Source of the DNA: Mobula birostris
Lineage: Eukaryota
Reading direction: 5' to 3'
NCBI RefSeq assembly: GCF_030028105.1
Contig: NC_092374.1
Span: 204,996,724-205,047,323, forward strand
DNA: 50,600 nucleotides
Below are positions 24,001 to 36,000 of the stretch, one piece after another. Both the position numbers and the translations under genes were made by a program. The notes under the pieces were generated by a model. That model saw only the letters and a program-made list of their open reading frames with translations, did no database searches and had not been told where the DNA came from. Positions within the stretch are counted from its first letter, which is position 1; the number at the start of each line of letters is the position of its first letter.

Positions 24001-27000
24001 AGGTCGATTTCAGCAGTTTCTAGATCACATACAACAGAGACAAGGACAAACTTCAGACACTGGAGCATTTACTCAGTGGAGTAGGCCAGGACGAAATTAG
24101 TCCAAAGTGTCAGGTTAAATTTCTGGAGAACGTACGATCTTTTAGTCTGGTCTCTGTTCATTGAAGTCCAAGTTCATTGTCACCTGAGTGTACACCTATA
24201 CAACCAAACGAAAGAACAGACCGCGGTGCGCCCACAAAACACATTATCACACACAGCACACTAAGCAAAATACTTCCATAACTGTGGCCCCTATTCGTCA
24301 GGGTCGACCGTGGATGTTGTGTCTCAGCTGCCTACGTGATATGCAAGCTGGTTCACAAGCCGCAGCAGTACGATATGGAGACCAAGCTGTTGCGCGTGCG
24401 GCAGGCTCCCTCTCTCCACACCAGCGGAGTCCAATACCATTTGGCACCAGCAGAGTAGCAGGAATTGCCAGTCAATGTTGAATCTAACGTGCAGCTGCCT
24501 TAGGGACCCTAATTCGAGGTTTACTCCTTTGGGGTTTACTCCCAAAGACTTCCCCATGAGAGGCTACAGGTGCGAGGCAGCGAGGGTTTGAGATCAGAAA
24601 CACAAAATAATCAGAGTTGTCCATCTCCTAGATAAGCTGCCAATCCTCATCTGCCTGAAGTGACTGGTTTTAAGGTGCCAATAACACACCATTACTCGTT
24701 CTCCTGAGAGTAGAAGCACTTTCGTCGGGTGTAATAGCTAAGCCACAGATGAAGACCAGGAGCTGGGCTTGGTTGTCAGAGGCTCTTTGAGGTTTGTTTA
24801 GTTTGCTTTAGCCAGGGTTAGTAGTGGGGATAAGATCCCACCACCATTACATGCTTCCAATGCAGCTTACCATAAACAAGTTATAAAATAGAATTGAAAA
24901 ATGCATGTAGCACGCAGCACAGGTAAATAGTAAACGTGAAACAAAGGAAAAGGATTACTTACGCTCAAGTGTTGGACGTTTGTACAACTCTGGAAGAGAA
25001 CAGACAGGTGCGTAAACACTTTGCACTTCTCAGTAAACCAACATGCGCATCGATACGATGTTGTAAGACAGGCTTTTAATCTGCCTGTGTACAATGAGGT
25101 CACACTCGGGAGAAACACCTCACACTCTGCCTGGATCATCTCCAACCTGATGGCATGAACATCGAGTTCTCCAACCTTTATCAATTTCTCCTTCCCTCTT
25201 CTTTTTTTCCATTCATCATTCTGGTTACCTTCTCATCTCATCTCCTCTCCTCACCTGGCCATTATCTCCCTCTGGTTCCCCTCCTCTTTCCCTTCTCCCA
25301 AGGTCCACTCTCCTCTCCTATCAGATTCCTTCTTCTTCAGCCCTTTATCTCTTCCACCTCTCACCTCCCAGCTTCTTATTTCATACCCCTCCCCTTCTCA
25401 CCCACCTTTCCCCTCACCCGGTCTCACCTATGTCCTGTCAACTTGAGCTCCTCCCTCCATCCCCACCTCCTAATTCTGGCTTCTGCCCCCTTCCTTTCCC
25501 GTCTTGATGAAGAGTCCTGGACCAAAACACCGACTATTTATTCCTCTCCGTAGATGCTGCCTCCAACATTTTGTGTCTGTTTCTCTGGATTTCCAGCATC
25601 TGCAGGATCTCTTGTCTTTGTGTGCACAAATCTACTATTGTAACAGCATTACGATAATCTGTTTATGTGCACCAGTCTACTGTCGTTAACACAATACGAT
25701 ACTCTACTCTGAACAAAGTGCTTTCCAAAATAGTCAAACTTTAAATCCACCATTACTGGTACATTCACCATTCCTCCCTTAGATGTTGTCCAATTAGCCT
25801 CCTGATTGGGTAACAGTTTTGTCCCCCAAGCCACTAGACTCTCAACTCCCAGAGTCCAGTCTGACACCAACCTAAACATACACTCAACTGAACACCACTC
25901 CATTCCCTTTGCAATTTTTGCTCATTTCTTTCTCAATTCCTGCTCAAACATTGTTTACTTTTACATTTACATCATTATTATATTGTAATTTGTCTTTTAC
26001 TGTGTCTATTGTCTTGTTTATTAATTATTGTACTGTCTTGCACTGTCTTGTGCACTTTGTGTAGTCCCATGTAGGCCTGAACTCTAATGTAGTTTTGTGT
26101 TGTTTCAGATAGTCTAGTGTAGTTCTGTGTTGTTTCAGGTAGTCTAGTGTAATTTTGTGTTGTTTCACGTAGCCTAGTGTAGTTTTGTGTTGTTTCACGT
26201 AGTCTACTGTAGTTTTGTGTTGTTTCAGGTAGTCTAGAGTAGTTCTGTGTTGTTTCATGTAGTTTAGTGTAGTTCTGTGTTGTTTCAGGTAGTCTAGTGT
26301 AGTTCTGTGTTGTTTCAGGTAGTCTAGTGTAGTTTTGTGTTGTTTCATGCAGCACCATGGTCCTGGAGAATCGTTGTTTTGTTTTTACTGTGTACTGTAC
26401 TAGCAGTTACAGTTGAAATGACAATAAAAGCGACTTGACTTGACTCCTTCCCAAGGACTTCCACCAACAATGGACTGTTCCCCAACCCCCCAAAGAACTC
26501 ATAACCTGAAACTCACTTTGTAATCTGGATGTCTATCGCATCGTTAAGTCCCAGAACCCTCATGTAACAGTTAGCATAACATTTACAGTGTCAACGATTG
26601 GGGTTCAATTCCCACCACTGCCTGTGAGGTGTTTGTACGTTCTCCCCGTAACTGCGTGGGTTTCCTGCCGCTACTCCAGGTTCCCCCCAGAGTCCAAAGA
26701 CATACCGGTTGGCAGGTTAATTAGTCACATGGGCATCACTGGGCGGTGCGCAGGCTCGTTAAGCCAGCGGGGGCCTGTTGACGTGCTGTAAGACGGCACC
26801 ATCTCAAACAGCGGCAGAGAAATGACCCACAGCAGAGGGGCTTACCACTCGCATTTGTCCGCTTCCTGTAGTAAAGCCACGCAGTGCACACAAGTACAAC
26901 AAGTAGAATGAGGAAGAACACCATGAACACGCTGAAGAATTTTGAAACACGTGGGAAGAATTCATCTGGGGAGAGGTGGGGAGAGAGAACACGAATTAAA

Positions 27001-30000
27001 ATCTGACGCAGTACGCTCGCCAACTCATGCACATGGTGCCTGCATTTACATAACCCCCGTTACATTGAAATGGGCCCTCCAAGTCCCACATTCACAAATC
27101 CTCTTGATTTCTGCGTGCCATCTCTATGCAAGTCCAAATCTCATCGTGAAATATTGTCTGTTCCCACCATTCCATCATGGCTGATTTTTTTAAAAATCCC
27201 TCTCAGTTGAATTTTCCTACCTTCTCCCGTAACCTTTGACATCCAGATTAATCAACAACCTATCAACCTCCATTTTAAGTATATCCAAAGACTTGGCCTC
27301 CACAGCCGTCTGTGGCAATGAATTCCACAGATTCAACACCCTCGGGCTGAAGAAATTCCTCCTCATCTCTGTTCAAATAGGATGCCCCTCTATTTTGAGG
27401 CTGTGCCCTCGGGCACTACCCCCACTATAGGAAACACCCTCTCCACATCCACTCTATCTAGGCCTTTCAATATTCGGCTCAGTTCCGAGATTCCCCCTAA
27501 TTCCTCTAAACTCCAGTGGGTACAGACCCAGAGCCCCAAATGCTCATCATGTTAACCCTTTCATCTCCAGAATCTTTCTCATGAACCTCATCCGGACCCT
27601 CTCTAATGCCAGCACATTTTCACGATACCCCAAGAGTGGTCTGACCAATGCGCTATAAGGCCTCAGTATTACAGACTTCATGACTCCTGTCCAGCAAACC
27701 CTCATCTCACTACATTGGCCAGGCCAATCCATGTTGAACTAATCTTCTGGTTCATGGATACAGGCTAGGTTCCTCTGGGCTTGTGTGTATAAGCTAACAG
27801 TGCCTCCGAGAAAGATATTCACCCCCCCCCCCCCCGGAAGTTTTCATGTTTGCCTGTTTTACAACATTGAATCACAGTGGACTTATTTTGGCTGTTTTTG
27901 ATACTGATCAACAGAAAAAGACTCATGTCAAAGTGGAAAAAGATCTCTACAAAATTCATTACAAATATAAAACACTAAAATAAAATTGATTGCACAATTA
28001 TTCAGCCCCTTTAATGTGACACATCAAATCATCACTGGTGCAGCCAATTGGTTTTAGAAGTCACATAATTAGTTAACTGCAGATCTCAAGTGTAATCAAG
28101 GTGTTTCAATTGATTGTAGTAAAAATACCCCTGTATCTGGAAGGTCCAACTGCTGGTGAGTCAGTATCCTAGCAAAAACTACACCACAGAGACAAAAGAA
28201 CACTTCAAGCAACTCCATGAAAAGTTTATTGAAAAGCACAAGTCAGGAGATGGATAGAAGGAAATCTCCAATTCACTAAATAGCCCTTGCAGTACAGTTA
28301 AATCAATCATCAAAAAATGGGGGAAAAAATGCACAGCTGTATATCTGCCTAGAGCAGAGCACCCACAAAAACCGACTGACCGTGCAAGAAGGAGACCACC
28401 AAGAGACCCATGGCAGCTCTGGAGGAGTTACAAGCTTCAGTGGCTGAGATGGCAGAAACTGCACAGACAACAACTGTTGCCCGGGTGCTTCACCAGTCAC
28501 AGCTTTATGGGAGAGTGGCGAAGAGAAAGCCACTGTTGAAAAAAGCTCACATGATATCTTGGCTAGAGTTTGCCAAAAGGCCTGTGAGAGACTCTGAAGT
28601 CAGCTGGAAGAAGGTTCTATGGTCTGATGAAACCAAAATTGAATGTTTTGACCATCAGACTAAACACTATGTGTGGGGTAAGCCAAACACCGCACATCAT
28701 CGGAAACACACCATCACTACCGAGAAGCATGGTGGTGGCTGCATCCTGCTGTGAGGATGCTTCACTGCAACAGGCCCTGGAAGTCTTGTGAAGGTAGAGG
28801 GTAAACTGAATACAGCAAAATACAAGGAAGGTCTGGAGGAAAACCTGATGCAGTCTGCAAGAGAACTGTCACTTAAGAGAAGAATTGTTTTCTAGCAAGA
28901 CAATCACCCCAAGTGTAAAGCTAAAGCTATACAGGAATGGCTTATAAACAACAAAGTCAATGTCCTGGAGTGGCCAATTCAGAGTCCAGACCTCAATCCA
29001 ATTGAGAATTTGTGACTGGACTTGAAAAGGCTGTTCACTCACGATCCCTATGCAATCTGACGGAGCTTGAGCAGTTTTGTAAAGTAGAATGGGGAAAGAT
29101 TGCAGTGTCCAGATCTGCAAAGCTGATAGAGACTTATCCACACAGACTCAAGGCTGTAATTGCTGCCAAAGGTACATCTACTAAATACTGACTTGAAGGG
29201 GGTGAGCAATTATACAATCAATTTTATGTTTAATAACTGTAATAAATTTAGACCAACATGCAGAGATTTGTTTTCACTTTGACACAAAAAGAGTCTTTTC
29301 TGTTGATCAGTGTCAAAAAAGCCAAATTAAATCCACTGTGATTCAATGTTGTAAAACAATAAAACATGAAAACTTCCAAGGAGGGGAGTGGATACTTTTA
29401 TAGACACTGTATATCCCCGTGTCTTGCACTGGGCAACCCCATGTTCCCTAAAACTGCTTCCCCTTGCCTGACATCCCACTGACTTGCTCAGACTCACCAC
29501 GGAGGCCCTCTGTTGTTCAGGGTCCACCATCAATGCTGTGTCCTAGCCGTCATATGCAAGCCAAGACGGTATGGTATGGAGAGCAAGCTGTCGCCCGTGT
29601 CGTAAGCTCCCACCCCCGCGCATCCGATGAACCCAAAGAAACGGCAGAGACCCACCCAGTTTGGCCCCAGTGGTATCGCAGGAATTGCCAGTTAGCACTA
29701 GACTCGATGTAGGGACTCCAGCACCGGTTCTCCCCCCCTCGGGGTTTACTCCCAAAGCCTTCTCCATGAGGGGGTCCAGCTGCAGGGCGGCGGAGGTTTG
29801 AGATCAGAGCTTTCCTTCTCCTAAGTGAGAAGGCTGAGGAGCCCCATCCGCCTGAGGCAGCTGGTTTTTAAGGTGCCATTGCCCCTTCTTCCGTCAGTAG
29901 AAATGGTTTTGTCAGGCTGAGCAGCCAAGCCACACGTGAAGGCCAGGAGCTGGACATGGTTGTCAGAATCTATTTGAGACGTACACCACTGAGAACACTT

Positions 30001-33000
30001 AACAGATCATGGGAGGTTATCCCCACTCCCATCAGCTATAACAACATCCATGTCCGCACGAAACCTGTGTGTGGTGCACCTGCACACACCCAGCCTGCAG
30101 GACGCACTCTTGAAGACACACTGAGCACGGGCATAGAACACAACAGCACAGTACAGGCCCTTCAGCCCACAATGTTGTGCTGGCCTTTTAATCTACCTTC
30201 CCTCCATTTTTTCTTACATCAATGTGACCAGTGTGTTAGATAAGTGATGGTCAGGGAAGCGAAGAAAGAGCTCCAATAGTAGAGAGCACCCCTGTGACCA
30301 TCCCCCTCAGTAATCGTTGTCTCGTTTTGGATGCTGTTGAGGGGGGTGACCTGACAGAGGACGACCACAGTGATTGGGTCTCTGGAACTGAGCCTGGTTC
30401 CGTGGTGCCAGGAGAGAAGAAGATGAGGAATGCGGTAGTCATAGGGGATTCCATAGTGAGGGGAACAGACAGGAGGTTCTGTCAGCCTGATAGAGATACC
30501 CACATGGTGTGTTGCCTCCCAGGTGCCAGGGTACGGGATGCCTCGGATCGGGTGCAGAGTATACTGAAGGGAGAGGGTGAACAGCCAGAAGTCTTGGTAC
30601 ACGTTGGTACCAATGACATAGGTAGAAAAAGGGAGGAGGTCCTGAAGATAAAATTCAGGGAGTCGGTTAGGAAACTGAAAAGCAAGACCTTGAGGGTAGT
30701 AATCTCAGGGTTGCTGCCTGTGCCACGTGCTAGTGAGTGCAAGAATATCATGATCAGGCGAATTAATGTGTGGCTGAGAGACTGGTGTAGGGGGTAGGGA
30801 TTCAGATTCCTGGATCATTGCGGCCTCTTCTGGGGGAGGTATGACCTGTACCAAAAGGATGGGTTACACCTGAACCCAGGGGGTCCAATATCCCAGTGGG
30901 CAGATTTAATAGAACTGCTGGGGAGGGTTTAAACTAATTTGGCACAGGGATGGGAACCACAGTGATAGAGCTGAGGAAGAGGAAAACAGAAATAAATCAA
31001 AGATAACGCGCAACAGAGATTATAGAAAGAACAGGCAGGAGATGAAGCATAATCACAGACAGTGGCATGAGTTACAGGGCAATAGAGGAATGGTACAGAT
31101 AAAACAGAACGCAACAAATACTGGACTGAAAGTGTTATATTTGAATGCACGCAGCATAAGGAATTAAATAGGTGATCTTGAAATTCAGCTACAGGTTGGC
31201 AAGTATGACGTTGTGGCCATCTCTGAAACTTGGCTAAAGGATGGCTGCCATTGGGAGCTGAACGTCCAAGGATATACGGTGTATCAGAAAGATAGGCTAG
31301 AAGGCAGAGGGGGTGGTGTGGCTCTGTGTTTAAGAAATAATATTAAATCGTTGGAAATAGATGATATTGGATTGGAAGGTGTGTGGTCTCTATGGGTCGA
31401 GTTAAGAAATGGCAAGGGTAAAAGGACCCTAATGGCAGTTGTATACAGGCCTCCAAACAGCAGCCAGGATGTGGATTACAAATTACAGCAGGAGATAGAA
31501 AAGGCATGTCAGAAGGGCAATGTCATAATCGTTGGGGATTTTAATATGAAAGTGGATTGGGAAAACCAGGCCAGTACTGGGCCTCAAGAGAGAGAATTTG
31601 TAGAATGTCTACGGGATGGCTTTTTGGAACAGCTTGTTGTTGAGCCCACCAGGGGGATCGGCTGTGCTGGATTGGGTGTTGTGCAATGATCCAGAGGTGA
31701 TGAGAGAGCTTAAGGTTAAGGAATCCTTAGGTAACACTGATCACAATATGATCGAGTTCACATTGAAATTTGAGAGGGAAAAAAATAAAATCCAATGTGT
31801 CCGTGCAATAAAGGAAATTACAATGGTATGAGAGGGGAACTGGCTGAAGTTGACTGAAAAGGGACATTAGCAGGAAGGACAGCAGAGCAGCAATGGCTGG
31901 AGTTACTGCAAAAAATGAGGGAAGTACAAGACAGATATATTCCAAATAAGAAGAAATTTTCAAAGAATGACATTACCATGGCCGACAAGTGAAGTCAGAG
32001 CCAAAGTAAAAGCAAAAGTGAGGACATACAAGGATGCCAAAGCCAGTGGGAAGATAGAGGATTGGGGAGCTTTTAAAAACTTGCAGTAGGAAACTAAGAA
32101 GGTCATTTCGAAGGAAAAGATGAATTCTGAGAGGAAGCTGACGACTAATATCAAAGAAGATACTAAAAGCTTTTTTAAGTATATAAAGGGTGAAAGGGAG
32201 TTGTGGGTAGATATAGGACCAATAGAAAATGACGCTGGAGATATTGTAATGAGAGAAGCAGAGATGGCAGAGGAACTGAATGCGCATTTTGCATCAGTCT
32301 TCACAGTCGAAGACGTCTGCAGTATACCGGACATTCAAGAGTGTAAGGGAAGTGAAGTATCTGCAGTGAAAATTATGACCGAGAAGGTGCTCAGGAAACT
32401 TAATGGTCTGAGGGTGGATAAATCTCCTGGACCTGATGGAATGCACCCTCAGGTTCTGAAGGAAGTAGCTGGAGAGATTGCGGAGGTATTAACAATGATC
32501 TTTCAAGAATCGATAGATTCTGGCATTGTACCGGATGACTGGAAAATTACAAATGTTACTCCGCTATTTAAGAAGGGTGGGAGGCAGCAGAAAGGAAACT
32601 ATAGACCTGTTAGCCTGATATCAGTGGTTGGGAAGTTGTTGGAATTGATTGTTAGGGATGAGATTATGGAACACCTGGAGGTACATGACAAGATAGACCA
32701 AAGCCAGCATGGTTTCCTGAAAGGAAAATCCTGCCTGACTAACCTACTGCAATTCTTTGAGGAAATTACAAGCAGGGTAGACAAAGGAGATGCAGTAGAC
32801 ATGGTGTACTTGGATTTTAAGACCTTTGACAAGGTTCCACACATGAGGCTGCTTTGCAAGATAAGAGCCCATGGAATTACAGGTAAATTACTAGCGTGGG
32901 TGGAGCATTGGCTGATCAGCAGAAATCAGAGAGCGGGAATAAAGCGATCCTATTCTGGTTGGTGTTCCAAAGGGGTCGGTGTTGGGACCACTGCTTTTTA

Positions 33001-36000
33001 CGATGTTTGTCAATGTTCTGGGACCTCTACTTTCCATGATTTTTATTAACGACCTGGATGTGGGGGTAGAAGGGTGGGTTGGCAAGTTTGCAGACGACAC
33101 AAAGGTTGGTGGTGTTGTGAGTAGTGTAGAGGATTGTCAAAGATTGCAGAGAGACATTGATAGGATGCAGAAGTGGGCTGAGAAGTGGCAGATGGAGTTC
33201 AACCCGGAGAAGTGTGAGGTGGTACACTTTGGAAGGACAAACTCCAAGGCAGAGTACAAAGTAAATGGCAGGATACTTGGTAGTGTGGAGGAGCAAAGGG
33301 ATCTGGGGGTACATGTCCACAGACCCCTGAAAGTTGCCTCAGAGGTGGATAGGGTAGTTAAGAAAACTTATGGGGTGTTAGCTTTCATAAGTCGAGGGAT
33401 AGAGTTTAAGAGTCGCGATGTAATGATGCAGCTCTATAAAACTCTGGTTAGGCCACACTTGGAGTACTGTGTCCAGTTCTGGTCACCTCACTATAGGAAG
33501 GATGTGGGAGCATTGGAAAGGGTACAGAGGAGATTTACCAGGATGTAGCCTGGTTTAGAGAGTATGCATTATGATCAGAGATTAAGGGAGCTAGGGCTTT
33601 ACTCTTTGGAGAGAAGGAGGATGAGAGGAGACATGATAGAGGTATACAAGATATTAAGAGGAATAGATAGAGTGGATAGCCAGCGCCTCTTCCCCAGGAC
33701 ACCACTGCTCAATACAAGAGGACATGGCTTTAAGGTAAGGGGTGGGAAGTTCAAGGGGGATATTAGAGGAAGGTTTTTCACTCAGAGAGTGGTTGGTGCG
33801 TGGAATGCCCTGCCTGAGTCAGTGGTGCAGGTAGATACACTAGTGAAATTTAAGAGACTACTAGACAGGTATATGGAAGAATTTAAGGTGGAGGGTTACC
33901 TGGGAGGCAGGGTTTGAGGGTCGGCACAACATTGTGGGCTGAAGGGCCTGTACTGTTCTATGTACTATATTCTCAACTATGGTATTAATGAATTTGTGGC
34001 TAAATTTGCTGATGATACAAAGATAGGCGGAAGAGTGAGTAGTGTTGAGGAAACAGAGAACCTACAGAGAGACTTAAATAGTTTAGGGGAATGGGCAAAG
34101 AAGTGGCAAATGAAATACAATGTTGGAAAGTGTATGGTTATGCACTTTGGTGGAAGAAATAAACAGGCAGACTATTATTTAGATGGGGAGAGAATTCAAA
34201 ATGCAGAGATGCAAAGGGACTTGGGAGTCCTTGTGCAGGATACCCTAAGGGTTAACCTCCAGGTTGAGTCGGTTGTGAAGAAGGTGAATGCGATGTTGGC
34301 ATTCATTTCTAGAGGTATAGAATATAAGAACAGGGATGTGATGTTGAGGCTCTATAAGGCACTCATGAGACACACTTGGAGTATTGTCTGCAGTTTTGGG
34401 CTCCTTATTTTAGAAAGGATATACTGACATTGGAGAGGGTTCAGAGAAGATTCACGAGGATGATTCCAGGAATGAAAGGGTTACCGTATGAGGAACGTCA
34501 GGCAGCTCTTGGGCTGTATTCCCTGGAGTTCAGGAGCATGACGGGGGGATCTCATAGAAACATTCAGATTGTTAAAAGGTCTGAACAGATTAGATATGGC
34601 GAAGTTATTTCCCATGGTAGGAGATGCTAGAACAAGAGGGCATGACTTCAGGATTGAAGGACGTCAGTTTAGAACAGAGATGCAGAGAAATTACTTAGTC
34701 AGAGGGTGGCAAATCTGTGGAATTTGTTGCCACGAGCGGCTGTGGAGGCCAAGTCATTGGGTGCGTTTAGGGCAGAGATAGATAGGATCTTGATTAGCCA
34801 GGGCATCAAAAGGTATGGGGTGAAAGCAGGGGAGTGGGGGTGACTGGAAAAATTGGATCAGTTCTTGATTGAATGGCAGACTCGATGGCCCGAATGGCCT
34901 ACTTCTGATCCTATATCTTATGGTCTTATGTCTTGAATGTTCCTAATGTATCTGCCTCCACCACCACCCCCCAGCAAGGCATTCCGTGCACCCACCACTG
35001 TCCGTGTTTAAAAAACCTACCCCTGACATCCCTCCCAACTATATTTTCCTCAAATTACCTTTTTAAAATTATTCCTCCTTGTATTAGCCGTTTCTACCCT
35101 GAGGAAAAGCACTTGATCTATGCCTCTTTTAAAGTCACCTCTCATCCTCCTTTGCTCCTAAGCGAAAAGCTCTAGCTCACTAAACCTTTCCGCATAAGAC
35201 GTGCTCTCCAATCCAGACAGCATCCCGGTAAACCTCCTCTGCACCCTCTCTAAAGCTTCCACATTCTTCAGATAGGAGCTGACCAGAAATGAACGTGTGG
35301 TCTAACCAGAGTTTTATAGAGTTGCAACGTTACCTCGCGGCTCTTGAACGCGATCCCCCAACTAATGAAGGCCAACCCACCGTACGCCTTCTTAACCACC
35401 CTATCCACTTGACTCGATGGACGTGGACCCCCAGATCCCTCTGTTCCTCCACACGGCTAAGAATCCTGCCATTATCCTGCCTTCCAATTCGACCTTCCAA
35501 ACTGACACACCTCCGGATTCTCAGTCCAGCTTTGCATCCTGCACGTTCTGTTGTAACCGACGGCAGCCTCCCGGACTGTCCGCACCACCACCTCCACTCA
35601 GCGGTAGGTTGAGCTATCACTCAATGAGGGTGAGAGGTAGAAGATGACAAGTGGACAACCAAAGGCTTTTTCCACAGGCCGGAAATGGCCAAATCAAGGG
35701 AACTCAATTTTAGGGTGATGGGAGGGCAGTATAGGGGGGGACATCCGAGGAAGTTCTTCACACAGAGAATGGTGAGCACATGGAACGTCCTACCAGAGGT
35801 GGTGGTAGAGTGAGATACAACAGGGATATTTAAGAAACCCTCACAACACGCTGGAGGAACTCAGCAGGTCGGGCAGCATCCGTGGAGACGATCAGTCAAC
35901 GTTTCAGGCCGGAACCCTTCGTCAGGACTGTAGAGGGAAGGGGCAGAGGCCCTATAAAGAAGGTGGGGGGAGGGTGAGAAGGAGAAGGCTGGTAGGTTCC

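Noticed and set aside
25978-26358. Repetitive ORFs [10 protein letters not shown] / [10 protein letters not shown]
   Set aside because: Translation of the 30-bp minisatellite.
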